From Eledone cirrhosa (Eukaryota): a DNA stretch of 64,000 nt. Each line of letters begins with the position of its first letter. Position 1 is the stretch's first letter. Below the pieces are notes generated by a model. That model was given only the letters and a program-made list of their open reading frames with translations, did no database searches and was not told the DNA's origin. Made by a program: the position numbers and the translations under genes. The stretch spans positions 225,122,001 to 225,186,000 of the forward strand of contig OZ024742.1 of NCBI GenBank assembly GCA_964016885.1, written 5' to 3'. This document shows positions 23,261 through 36,012 of this stretch, piece by piece.

Positions 23261-26200
23261 TTACAGACACATACTCAGAGAAGGCCCATTCATTCGGGCC
23301 ATACTTGCTTCTCTCACCCATCTTTCAACAAAATGCTGGGAAGAGAGCACTTCCCTCTCTACCCTGATTTTCCTTTTCAGATGAAATTTGAAAAAGTTAA
23401 TCAGGGCATCACCGAAGAGGTAAGTGCTCGTCTTCAGCCCTTTCAAACGTGTCCACCATACTATCTCTTTCGCCATGGCCACCAGACAGATAAAAACTGC
23501 CTGCCCTTCCCGGCTAAAGGAAGGAGGCGGGGAAATCCTCACGATGGACTCAGCTGATAGCTGGATCCGTCCTACACGTGACAGCAGGCGTTCGACATAA
23601 ACCCACAAGTCAGCAATGCTCGGACACTGGACGAGTGCGTGCAGGACGGTTTCGTCGCCCTGCGCGCATCTCGGACATGCCCGGATGACGGCACCTCCAT
23701 GCCTGTAGAGTTTATCCCGAACTGGCAAAGCTCCTCGGTAGCACTGCCAGGCCAGGGATTTCTGGAAGTTGTCCATAGGCCCCGGCCCTAAAGTCCTTCC
23801 GAAGAGATTGGCTAGTTGATTTTCGTCGACGCCTAGAGTTTCTCCAAGTACGTCGTCGCTCTTCCCCTCCACTAATCCCCTATAGAACGCCAAGGTGGAG
23901 TTTCCACCGATCACATTTCCCGATTGGTCGAGGGCTGTGAGCGCCTGAAGACATTCCAGTCTCCAAGCGCTCCCTCTCGGTCTTCGCTTGACCCAGGACT
24001 GCAGCTCCGTCAAGGAGATGAGCTGGGGAAAAACGTGTCTAGCAAACGGCGACCACACCTGATCACCGTCGAGGAAGAGGTGGAGATGTCGTAGCCTGAG
24101 CGCGTGTCTGCGCATCATCAGCCACGGCATGCCCAGCCCTCCACGTAGCGGGGGTTGACAGCAGATGGACCGCCTGACCATCGGAGGCGCTCCGGCCTCC
24201 CTTCCACAAAAAGCGAAAGAGCAAACGCTTCAGCGCAGTCAGGCGGGGCTTAGGAGAAGGTACGACGGTCAGGTGGTAGTAGATGACGGATGCGATGTAC
24301 GCATTCGCCACCTCCGCTCGACCTTTCAGGGATAGCTTCCTCTCGGCCCATTTCTGGGTGAGAGAAGCCACCCTGCTCGTCACCTCGTCCCAGTTTTTGT
24401 CCGTCTGGAGGTCTGCACCGAACCAGACCCCTAGCAATTTAACCGGTCCGTCCGTCCAGCGCCCGACGACGCTGTTGGACGGCATGGGCCTGCCTCTCCA
24501 GGTGCCGAGCTGCAGGCCAACTGACTTTTCCTGGTTGATCATTGCTCCTGTCACCGCTTCGTATTCTCTTAGTGTAGTGCCGATCGCCTCGATGTGTTTG
24601 GCGCTCGACACCACTACGGTGACATCGTCGGCATATGCTGACACGGATCTTCCGCATCCTAGTTCGCGCGGGACCCCCCTCAACGTCTCCAGTTTGTGCA
24701 GTAATGGCTCTAGAGTCAATACGTACAATAGGGACGAGAGGGGACATCCTTGGCGGACCGAGCGCATGATGTTGAACGGTTCCGAAAGGTGACCGTTCAC
24801 TCTCACTACAGAGCAGATGTCGCTATGCATGGCAGCGATCCAGCCTCTGAAGACGGGCCCAAAGCCAGCCGCCCTCAGGACTGCCGCTAGGTAACGATGG
24901 TCGACCCTATCGAAGGCTTTCGACTGATCTAAATTGATCAAAGACCCACCCGTGCCAGGTTCCCTAGCTACCCTCTCTACGATGTATCGCATGAGGTGGA
25001 GGTTGTCGTGGATGGATCTGTCGGGAATGGCGCATGTCTGTGCCTCTCCCACCAGACCACCAACGACAAGCGCCAACCTCTTTGCTAGCACCTTGGCCAA
25101 AATCTTGAACTCTGTGTTTAGCAGAGTTATGGGCCTGAAATTATCTATGTTATCCCCCTTGTTCGGATCCTTTCTCAGCAGCGCCACCGCTCCTCGGCTC
25201 ACAGAGCTGGGAATTCTCCCGTTCTGTTGCCAGTTGCAGTAGACGTCCGCCAAGAGGCCTCCGAACAAGTTTGGCATTTGTACGTAAAGTTCATAGGGCA
25301 GACCATCCAAACCAGGCGATTTACCCCTTGTGCAACTAGTCATTGCATCCCGTACTTCAGCGGTTGTTATCGGCTTTTCGCAACACTCCGCCTCAGTGGC
25401 CGAAAGCCGCGGCAGTCCGTCGAGGTAGACACTAAAGTCCATCCCTCGATCCGGCCCGCCACTGCCCCCGAACAGTTGAGCGAAGTGTCGCTGTAAAGCT
25501 TCACACATTTGCCCGGGATCGAGTAGCATGCGCCCGTCGTGGTCCACCAAAGACCGGATCGTGGCTTTGTTGCCACGACGCGCCTCCGCCACTCGGGCCC
25601 ATTGAACGGCTTTCGTCCCCTCGTGTCTGAGAGCACGCACCCTAGCTCTGACAACGCAGCCTTCGTGCTTTGCATTGAAGAATTGGTCAAGGGCCAATTT
25701 CGCCGCAAGTACGTCGGTCGCGATGCCTTTGCTAAGCGCCTCATCTAATTTTCTAACTAATTCTCCCTCTGCTCTATTTTTCTCTATTGCTAAAGTCTTA
25801 CTAAACCTAATGGACTCTATTCTAATTGCTCTTTTCAGAGCAAACCACCACTTGTTGTTGACGATGGCCCCCGTCAACGCCCGCTTAACTAGTTCGCTAA
25901 TCCGGTCTCTGTAGGCCTTGCGCGCTGGTAAGGACGCGTTTAGCTTCCAGTAGCCGGGTCCTCGTCTATGAAGCCTATCTAAGTCAAGCACACAGATCAC
26001 GAATTTGTGGTCCGTGTAGCTGACTATCTTGAATTGTGGACAGCCTATGCTAGACCTATCTATTTCCCTACAAAATACTCTATCTAGATATGATCTGGAT
26101 GACCCTATGCGATTTGTCCAAGTCCACATTGGTACATTCGGGAAATCCATTCGGTACCTGTCAGACAGTTCAAAACGTCTGAGCAGGTTGGTGAGACTCT

Positions 26201-26688
26201 TGCACCCTCCTTCCCTATCCACTAATCCCACACAATCCCAGCGTGCATCTAAGATCCCGTTCCAGTCGCCCACTAACACTAAAGAGCGGGACGTTCCAAG
26301 AAAGGTCTCCAGACGCCGGAAGAAATCAGGCCGCCCTGCTCCTGTCGGGGCATAGACGGCCACTAACCTGAAAGCTTGCCCGTCTCTGCTGGTCACGTCC
26401 AGCACCACCAACTTACCTTCTGGGTCCAGGAAGATGGCCCGTATGGCAAGATCCAAACCTCTCCGAAAAAGCACAGCAACTCTTTCCCCCCGAACCCGGA
26501 CGGCTGGGAGATGCGTACACATCGTAGCCGCCGAAGATCGGTGCGAAAGCCTGTGCTTCGGAGATTCTGGTCTCGCTGATGGCCACTACATCTATGTTTA
26601 GTGACCTGAGGTCGTTGAGCAGGTGGCCCTGCTTCCATGACGACCCCAAGCCACGCGCATTTATGCTGCCTATTCTGAGTGAGGTCAT
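23261..26688 (-). pseudogene. ORF2 of LINE B, with two frameshifts
   Basis: Split across ORFs 26413-26715, 24063-26522 and 23261-24181; +1 nt near 26485 and +7 nt near 24190 relative to A. Confidence 0.92.
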
Positions 26689-26722
26689 GTTGAAAAGGAG
26701 TGGAAAAGATGGCAAAGACCAC

Positions 26723-28721
26723 TTACCTTACTTCTCGTAGGGGAAGGACGGTTTTTCCATCCTTTTCACTGCTTGTGGCCTCCTCAGGAAGGATTTCCTT
26801 ATAAATCCTCCTGGAGAGTGCTTGTCGGAAGTCTGCGATGTCTTTGGGGAATTTTTGTTTTAGTGTCATGTACGTTTTCTGTGTGATGCGAGTGATTTGT
26901 ATGTGTGGAGGTGGTGTGAATTTTGGGGTTGTTGTGTAGTCTTTTTCTGTGATGCTGGTGTTGTGTTGGATGTAGTGTAATAATTGCTTGTTGTTCAAAT
27001 TTAATGCTGTGTAGTGTGTATCGTTTTGGTTGTTTTGTTTTGTTTGCGTTTGTTGTGGGTTTGTTTCTGTTTCGCATTTTGGTGACTTTTGTGGTGTAGG
27101 TGATGGTGGTGCTGGGGTTAATGATGGTGATGGTGTTGGTGTTTGGGTTGATGGGGTTGGTGATGCTGGTGTGGATGGTGGCATATCTGTCCTAACTTTT
27201 TTGTTTCTTAATTTATTTGTTTCCCTCTGTATTTTGTTTTTGGAGGGGGAAGGAAGAGAATTTTTTCTTTTTTGGTTTCTTTTTTTTTTCCGGATATCGT
27301 TTCTCACTCCTCGTCGTCACAATCTGTCTCCAGTTGTGATAGGCCGGGGAGTGGAAAATCCTCCACAGCCGTTAGTTTTGGTTGTGGTGTGGTGGATGGT
27401 GTAGGCGCTGGTGCTAGTTCTGAAGCGTTGGGTGGTGGTGGTGTTGGTTTTGCTGGTGGTGCTAGTGGTGTTGGTTTTGCTACTGTTGCTGGGGTTGTTG
27501 CTGTTATAGTTGCTTCTGTTGTTACTGCTACAGTTGTTGCTGCCATCTCTGCTACTGGTGGTGTTGATGGTTGTGTCACTGGGGTGGGTAGGAGAGGTGG
27601 CCTCAACCTTTTAGCCTGAGGGCAGAAAGCCCTTAGGTGGGTTCCTTCACCACAAACGACACACCTAGGTCTTCTGCCCTCGACAATTACCGTGCGGTGG
27701 CTGCCGTCAGTGAGGTCTATTACCTCTGGGATCTCCTCAATGCTTTTTTGGTCCGCTTGGATCAGGAGCTCCATCCCAGATCCGGACCAGTTCTCCTGCT
27801 TTTCTTTTGCTATTGCTATTATTTTCGTGTTGGCTTCGATGCCGGCGAGGACGGCCGCTATTAGCCAGGGAATTTCGATGGCCGGTGGAACGTGGGTCAC
27901 CCTGATCTTTACGAGTCTCTGGCCACAATAGCTTGGGACGAGTGTGAAGTCGTCACTTCTTAATGGGGCCATGGAGTGTTCTCTAGCCTCCTCTGGTGTT
28001 TCAAAGAACACATCCACGGTTCCATACTTTTGCCCACGTCTGATGTGGGTTTTTCTTGCCCACACATGTCCCAAAGCTTTTTGGATTTGGGACTCGGATG
28101 CCCGTTCCACTCGGCGCGATTTTAAATTTATTGTTCTATACGACACGGTGCATAGGCGCCGATGCTCCATTTTATTAGGTGGGGGGGTGAGGCTGACCCT
28201 GTACCCATCTTTCTTTACCATTTGTTTTGCATTTTCTAAATCCTCCTGAGTTACCGTAAATGCTTCGAACTGTTTTGCTACTCTGGCGAAACTGAGGGTC
28301 GGTTTTATAATGTCATTGTTGTTGTTGTTGCTATCGTTATTTGTGTTAATATTAATTTTAGTTTCAGTTGTGGTGGTGGTGACGTCAGTCGTCTTTGGTG
28401 GGGAAGAGTCCATTTTGCTTGATTTCATTTCGATATCACGAGTTAATTTATTTTTTTCTTCTTTTGTTTCTGTTGTCGCGGTGGTGGTGGGGTGGTGGTT
28501 GTCGCCGTGGTGGTGGTGGTGGTGGAGGCTTTAACACCTGCAGTCATTGGTAATGGCGGGAAATGAATGTCTGCCTGAGACAAATTTAAAATATTGCTAC
28601 TGCTTATATTTTTTTTTTTTGTGTTGGCAAACGTAGTAACATTTACAATGGTGGTGTCGGTGTGAGGTGTTAATTTGTGAGGAAGGCTTTCAGCTGTTTG
28701 GTGCAGAGGTGAATTAGCCAT
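26723..28721 (-). pseudogene. ORF1 of LINE B, frameshifted
   Basis: Pieces 28443-28721, 27304-28428 (CVVCGEGTHLRAFC knuckle; KSRRVERA, QIQKALG and LVPSYCGQ shared with A) and 26723-27307. Confidence 0.88.
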
Positions 28722-28930
28722 TTTTTTCAAAGAAATTTTTTTTGATAATAATAAAAATTTAAATTTTGGGCACAAGGCCCCAATCTTTTTGGGTGTCCTT
28801 TTCGGAAAACAATGTATGTGCGCTTATAAACAGTTAACAATAAAATTTTCCATAAATGACAATTTTTAACAAACGGAAATAACAAACCTTTGCGGAGCTC
28901 ACGATGATACGATTTACTACGTAGGTCGCC

Positions 28931-28972
<42 letters not shown>

Positions 28973-28974
<2 letters not shown>

Positions 28975-29218
28975 TTACTTATCGCAAATCCCAGGAAACC
29001 CGCGTATAGGAGAAATACAAAAGATAGTACTAATGGGAACTGCCCATATACTAAGGAAGATTCTGTCAATATAAGTACATCACAAGTCTAAACACTAAAG
29101 ATGCATGTGTGAGTATGTATGTTCTTTCTTGAACATGGCGGACCTTGTTGTCTCTTGAGGTCACTGGTTGTGACTTGGTGATAACTTGTATGAACATAAA
29201 GCAAGATAAATGCAACTG
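28973..29218 (+). mobile_element. R4/Dong-like 3' cassette D3
   Basis: Same boundaries as D1/D2; about 3 substitutions seen. Confidence 0.87.
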
Positions 29219-29237
29219 TAATAATAATAATAATAAT

Positions 29238-29619
29238 GATTTCATTTATTAGCCACAAGGGCCGACATGTAGGGGACAATACAAAGACAGGGACAGTGGG
29301 GGTTTACAATAAGGTCGAGTAAAAGTGCACAATGGCAAGACTAATTTAACAATGAAAATATAAAAATATAAAATAATCTATGCATAAATATAACAAAATA
29401 AATTCCCCGATAGGGGGTGGACGACCCTGGGGTGATTCGGGTACCCCACCAATCCTGAACCACCCTGTGCTTCTAGGGCACCCAGGAGAGCACCCCTCTC
29501 CTCAAGTAGCCAGCCTGTAGGCGCATGGTCAGAGTAGGCCCATTCACACGAGCCATTCTCGCCACATTCACCCACCTTTTAGCAAATGTACTGGGGGGGG
29601 CAGCACTTCTCTCTCCACT
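29238..29619 (-). mobile_element. 5'-truncated 3' end of another Tx1 subfamily (C)
   Basis: Encodes ..PSTFAKRWVNVARMARVNGPTLTMRL (compare ERWVREARMARVNGPTLSIYL in A). Different 3'UTR but the same terminal motif; (AAT)n on both sides. Confidence 0.85.
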
Positions 29620-29808
29620 AATAATAATTGTTTCTACTTTTTGGCACAAGGCCAGCAAATATTCAGTGCATTACTGGTACTTTATTTTATCGACCCCGTA
29701 AGGATGAAAGGCAAAGCTAACTTTTGCGGGATTTGAACTCAGAACGTAAAGGGCCGTAACTCTGTGCTGAAAAGCATGGCGTCCGAGCCTCTACCGATAC
29801 TACCAATG
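29620..29808 (-). mobile_element. SINE family A copy
   Basis: Core, boxes and AAT tail present. Confidence 0.88.
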
Positions 29809-30120
29809 CAATAATGATAATAATAATTCTCTCAAAAAACCAAAAGCAACTAACCACTTCAAGCAAATACTACCTTAACCCCATAGGGTCGTTGCCCCAA
29901 CACCTACCCCACCACACATACAAAAGATCAACTGGCATATGTCAACACCCCTGCTACATCCCCTACAGATATAATTTACCCACCATTTATAAACTTAATT
30001 CATTTTATTAATTACTTTTTATATTTTTTGTTATTTTATTTGGTCAAAACTATAATTTTTTCATTTTTCTCTTACGCTTTCCCTCTTCCTTTCTCTCCAT
30101 ATATATGTGTTGGCGTGCGT

Positions 30121-30197
<77 letters not shown>

Positions 30198-30287
30198 TAA
30201 TATATATATAAATATATATATATATGTATATATGTGTGTGTATTTGATTTGTGTGTGTGTATAAATGTATATATATATATATATATG

Positions 30288-30349
<62 letters not shown>

Positions 30350-30357
30350 TTTTCCTT

Positions 30358-30408
<51 letters not shown>

Positions 30409-30484
30409 ATGTGTACATATATATATGTATATATATATATATGTGTGTGTGTGTGTCTGTGTGTATATATATACATTTTTCCTT

Positions 30485-30535
<51 letters not shown>

Positions 30536-30988
30536 GTGTACATATATATATGTATATATATGTGTGTGTGTCTGTATATATATATATATATATATTTATA
30601 TTTATAAATATACATATTTAGAAAGAGAGAGTGAGTGAGTGAGAGTGTGAGAGAGAGAGATTTTCTTTAAAGTTTCACACCAGACCACTACACCATGCTA
30701 CACTACACCGTCACCCATTCTGCATGAAAAGAGTTAATTAGTGATAATAAAAATTGACACTTTTGAAATTCCTCTTCCTTTTCAACGTTCCAACTAAACT
30801 ACCCAAATAAACAACATTTTAAAGGATAGAATCACGCATTTCAAGCGAAAATAGTTCATTTTAGTCACTGGCTTTTCCAATTTCATTAAATCTCATCGGC
30901 TCTTTGTATTTAAATACAGAAAACACGCAAATACATACAAACACTACATATATAATTATACATAGAGATGTGCGTGCGCACGTATGTT

Positions 30989-31073
<85 letters not shown>

Positions 31074-31402
31074 GTATGCGTGTGTATGCGTGTGTGTGCG
31101 TGTGTGTGCGTGTGTATGCGTGTGTATGCGTGTGTGTTTGTGTATGTATATATATATATATATACATACACAAACATACATATATATATATACATATATA
31201 CATATTTATATGAATGTATATGGATATATATCTATGTATATATGTATATATATATATTTATATATATATATGTAATATTCATATAAATGTATATGGGTAT
31301 ATATATATATATATATGCATATACATATTTGTTTGTATATACATATATGTATGTATATGTATATGTGTGTGTGTGTGTATGTACATACATATTCATATGA
31401 AT

Positions 31403-31467
<65 letters not shown>

Positions 31468-31537
31468 TATACATATTTGTATGTATATACATATATGTAT
31501 GTAAATGTAATATATATATATATATATATGTAAATGG

Positions 31538-31571
<34 letters not shown>

Positions 31572-31578
31572 ATGTATG

Positions 31579-31656
<78 letters not shown>

Positions 31657-31860
31657 GTGTGTGTGTGCGTGAGTCTTTATCCCACAGATGTCAACCCAAA
31701 TATATTTTCACCACAACAGATATATATACATATATATAACTTTATCCCTTTATTTGTTTTTCCCATATATTCGTATTATTTTTTAACTTTCACTTTTTCA
31801 CATCTATTTCTTTAGTTATATATTTATTTACATTTCGTTTAGACCTTTTCATCCAGAACC

Positions 31861-31948
<88 letters not shown>
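30121..31948. repeat. Clustered (TA)n/(CA)n/(TG)n microsatellites
   Basis: Direct inspection. Confidence 0.9.
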
Positions 31949-31952
<4 letters not shown>

Positions 31953-32068
31953 GGAGGTGAGTTTTATTGTAGTACAATAAAGCAATGCAGATATCGGATA
32001 AGAAGCACTCTACAGTTTGTAGGACTGGAGTATACATAATATATAAGATCAAAAGATGGTTAAAAGAG

Positions 32069-32133
32069 TTTATCTGATGAAAACATAAATGTTATTGCAT
32101 GATGATATTTGTTTTTGAAATGCGCATAATAAA
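32069..32133 (+). ncRNA. Type I hammerhead ribozyme motif
   Basis: tttat-CTGATGA(32074)-long stem II-GAAA(32117)-TGCGCA-TA-ataaa; palindromic stem III. Confidence 0.75.
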
Positions 32134-32240
32134 ATACATGGAACTCTTTTAACCATCTTTTGATTTTATATATTATATATATATATATTTTTTTTTTGCT
32201 TTTCTTGATGAGACTTTCCAAGTATTTACCCATGTTTTAT

Positions 32241-32314
32241 ATTGCCTCGTCTGACGAACGAATGAAGACGTTTCTTATTCGCCTCATTCGGGAAACCTCT
32301 GGTAATGAGGTAAT
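32241..32314 (+). ncRNA. Type I hammerhead ribozyme motif
   Basis: attgcctcgt-CTGACGA-a-cgaatga...tcattcg-g-GAAA-cc tct gg-TA-atgaggtaat. 10-bp stem I (2 GU); 7-bp stem II with a mismatch at its base. Confidence 0.75.
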
Positions 32315-32413
32315 TATATTGTATTGATTTTTATACATTAATTTTGCTCTGGTACTTACATAGAGCACTCTTCACTTCTATGACCTTTTCTGTTTTCAAC
32401 GGAAATTTCAATA

Positions 32414-32492
<79 letters not shown>

Positions 32493-32638
32493 CCAAAAGG
32501 TTCATTGATTAATCAATGAATATAGTTTTACAATAGATTAGAAGCACTCAACAAACAAGTTTTCTGGAGTTATTAATTAATACTGCCAAGACTGGAATTG
32601 AACCATCAGCACAGTTGAGGTATGTCATACATCAATTT

Positions 32639-32710
32639 ATATATTTTATCTGATGAGGACGTACTGAGGAAACCACACAGTACCTCCGAAATATATATAA
32701 TAAAATATAT
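32639..32710 (+). ncRNA. Type I hammerhead ribozyme motif
   Basis: atatattttat-CTGATGA(32650)-ggacgtactg...cagtacctcc-GAAA-TATATA-TA-ataaaatatat. Confidence 0.8.
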
Positions 32711-32727
32711 TTGATTACATGAATGTC

Positions 32728-32761
<34 letters not shown>

Positions 32762-33098
32762 GTAGAATAATCGAGTATCGAAAAATCGGCGCACGAGTTC
32801 ACGATAAACAAAATTCGAAATGAGCGGCAGAGGGCTCAATAATTCAGATAAATCAGAGCTATAACTATCGTTAAAATACCGACACACATAGAACTTGTCT
32901 AAAATCAACCATACGACCGAAAAAATACGATCTGGAAGATTCGGGTCACTCAGATAAAATATCAATAAATCAATAAATCAAATGAATGTAAAAAGCTTAC
33001 CCGGACCCGCTAGAAAGATGGTAAATCTAGCTTCTTGGGTTTCTGTAAATCCTTAAATCGCCCTCTATCAGCCTACATAAAAATATATAAGACTTCTA

Positions 33099-33168
<70 letters not shown>

Positions 33169-33485
33169 TAATAAAAACAATGAATAAAAACAATGAATAA
33201 AAACAAAGAAACATTTCCTTATATTAAAAAAATTCATCATTTTACGATCGTTTCTAGGATATATATGTGTGTGTTGGTATGTATATCATATAGATCTATG
33301 TAAACTATCAGAGGGAATATACATACCTACATATATATGCTGTCTGTATGTATATATATTGTGTTGTATATCAACGCGCTCTATACACTTTTCACTGTAA
33401 CGATGTATTGAGCACGATTTTTATAAACAAACTGACGGGTATGTGTGTATTTACGTATGCTGTTATATATTGTGTGTGGTGGTCC

Positions 33486-33830
33486 TCCGTCGGTTCCAAC
33501 GATGAGTGTTCCATGTGTTCAACGAACAGAAACAGCCCGCTCGTGAAATTTGTGCGAAGTGACTGGACATTCCACAAACACGTGTAACCTTTACGGAGTT
33601 CTCTAGGAGATTCGTCGATGTGTGTTCCATATATTACATTAACATGTACGAGGTCGAGCTTTACACAGACACGTGTACCTTTAAAATAGTTCTCAGGGAG
33701 ATTCGGTGGTGAGTTTTTAAGTTGTTCGAGCAACCATCAGCCTACTCGAAGTGGCTGAGCATTCCACAAATACGCGTACATTTTAATGTAGTTCGGGGAG
33801 ACAATGAGCATCACATGTAGTATGACAACT
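33486..33830 (-). mobile_element. Decayed 3' parts of a second SINE family (B)
   Basis: Reverse-complement similarity to 58130-58280; further fragments at ~7630-7710 and ~59185-59225. Confidence 0.6.
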
Positions 33831-34047
33831 GAATTATGAGTACAATCCATCGGACGGGCTTTCAGTTTCCGTCCTCGCAGCTATACGGCCAAATGATGGA
33901 TCAACTTGAAGTTATAGTTATGGTTTATGGTTAACCACTTGAATTACATATACATACATACCATGTCGTTGCCGAACCGTGTCAATATAAGCATGTCGTA
34001 CTGTCCTAAAAAGTCTATTGTTCTAATATTGGGTCGTCAAGTATGAA

Positions 34048-34165
34048 GGCGTGTGGCTGAGTGTTTAGAGAATTGGATTCGCAATCGTGAGGTTGTGAGT
34101 TCGATTCCTGGACCAGGCGATGCGTTATGTCCTTGAGCAAGACACTTTATTTCACGTTGCTCCTT
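34048..34165 (+). mobile_element. tRNA-derived SINE head plus CORE-like domain
   Basis: TGGCTGAGTG A box, GAGTTCGATTCC B box, then GTCCTTGAGCAAGACACTTTATTTCAC. Confidence 0.7.
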
Positions 34166-34673
34166 CTACCTGGAGTTGCGACCGATAGATAGTATTAGCA
34201 TTTGGAAAGACCAACGGAAACACTGTTTCCTCGGTCCGATTTGACGAAAGTCGATCGTTCCTTAAGTATGAAATTTGTAAAAATTTCTGAAAAAAAAAAA
34301 AAAAAAATTTTACAAATGTCCTACTTGACGACCCAATACCTGGTATGTATGATATGTATGCAACTTCTCTTCTTGTTCCAAAGAAATCTCCCCCAGATGA
34401 AGGAATTGTAACTCTTCCAATATTGGTTATTCCAATGTCATTGAATAATTAATGTTGTTTCTTGAATTTCAGAAACCACGGCTGGTTTAAGTAAAGCCGA
34501 CTTATTTTACTCGGTCTAGCTTGTATCCCTTCAAATGGAGATTTAAGGCGAAGTTTAATATATTTTTTACTTCTCTGAGTAAATAATTTATTAATTAATA
34601 TATCTTATCCTTTCATTGAGATATCTAAGTATGAGAGACAATTAACTTTATTAATTGATTTATATATATGTGT

Positions 34674-34745
<72 letters not shown>

Positions 34746-34801
34746 AATATGTATAATAGAATAAATATGGTTTTATAAATATAGTTTCCATTTGTTAATA
34801 T

Positions 34802-34860
<59 letters not shown>

Positions 34861-34866
<6 letters not shown>

Positions 34867-35043
34867 GTTTTTACTTTTGGCACAAGGCCAGCAATTAACC
34901 AGTACATTACTGGTACTTTATTTTATCGACCTCGTAAAGATGAAAAGCAAAGTTAACCTCGGCGGGTTTTGAACTCAGATCGTAAAGGGAAGTAACTATG
35001 CTGGAAAGCATGGCCGACTCTCTCCCGATACTGCCAATTCACC
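34861..35043 (-). mobile_element. SINE family A copy
   Basis: Core, boxes and tail present. Confidence 0.87.
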
Positions 35044-36012
35044 TGATTTCCAGAGATTTACTAATAAGATGGGACTGTCAGTTTTTCTGTTATTTTTCCG
35101 TTCTCTTTATCCTGTGCGCCTCCCCTTCCCTGTTCTGGATTTAGATTTGAAAGTCTTAGCCACGCGAGATTTTTTAAAACATCACCCGATCTGTCTTCCT
35201 CTATTCTCCCTGCCCACCTTTTCTATGCCTCAGTGTCATTCTTCTTTGTATGCATGTTGACCTGCAGTCCATATTTTTCTTTTCTATTTTTCTATTTCTC
35301 TCCTTTCTATATTTTTCTCTTTTCGCTAAGTTCTCGTGCACTGGTCTCCTTTCTTTTTCGGTTGACGCACTTTGGTTTGTAGCATTTTTCTTTTCTTTTT
35401 GTCATCTTTTTTCGTCTTTGTGTCATTCCCTGAAAGGAATAACTTGTCCTGTTTTTGCTTCTACCTGTTTTGTTACCATCCAATATGCGCTGGAATGAAG
35501 AGTATCAACCAAAATAACCGAAACTGTAGTGGTTTCCAGAGGTTGGCTGTATAGTATAGATGGGACTGCCTTTTTTCCATTACAATTCGTTGTCTTTGTT
35601 CTGTTATATATATAGATAGATATAGATATAGATATAGATATACATATCGCCAATAATATATAATGGGTTCAAGGCCTGTAAATTATGCAATGATGAAAAG
35701 TGGTGGATATTGTAACAATAACAACCCGCTTAAGCTCAACTCACGTAGCGAGTTTTTTTCGAGAGGTTCTGATATTTCTAAGTACCTTTGGAAGAAATGG
35801 CTTCCTTTAATATCAATCTATATCATTCTAAACCAATCGATTTCTTTCTACCCACGCCTGCCTCCATAATTTTTAGTCATAATTTTAAACTATTATTTCA
35901 GCGTTTACTCGCCCTAAAAATGATTATCTGCCCTTGTTTCGACTCTTTTCTCTTGTTTTTTTCTTTTTTTAGCCCCTATGAATAAACACTTTCCGTTTCT
36001 TTTTCATCGGCA

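Larger units (their letters stand above)
23017..28930 (-). mobile_element. Full-length L1/Tx1-clade LINE, copy B (frameshifted; different ORF1/5'UTR)
   Basis: 3'UTR and ORF2 closely match A1/A2. Bracketed by (AAT)n at 22989-23016 and 28931-28972. Confidence 0.94.

Noticed and set aside
8974-29237. CRISPR-like repeat-spacer reading of the (AAT)n-separated blocks
   Set aside because: Linkers are variable-length microsatellites and the spacers are retroelements; eukaryotic context, no cas genes.
34048-34120. Possible tRNA gene (also the SINE A heads)
   Set aside because: No clean cloverleaf or terminator; runs directly into SINE core sequence.
35490-35539. Hammerhead-like layout (ctgga-ATGAAGA...GAAA...tccag); half motifs at 33243-33254 and ~36960-37000
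   Set aside because: Core mutated or missing, stem II poor; at most decayed relics.
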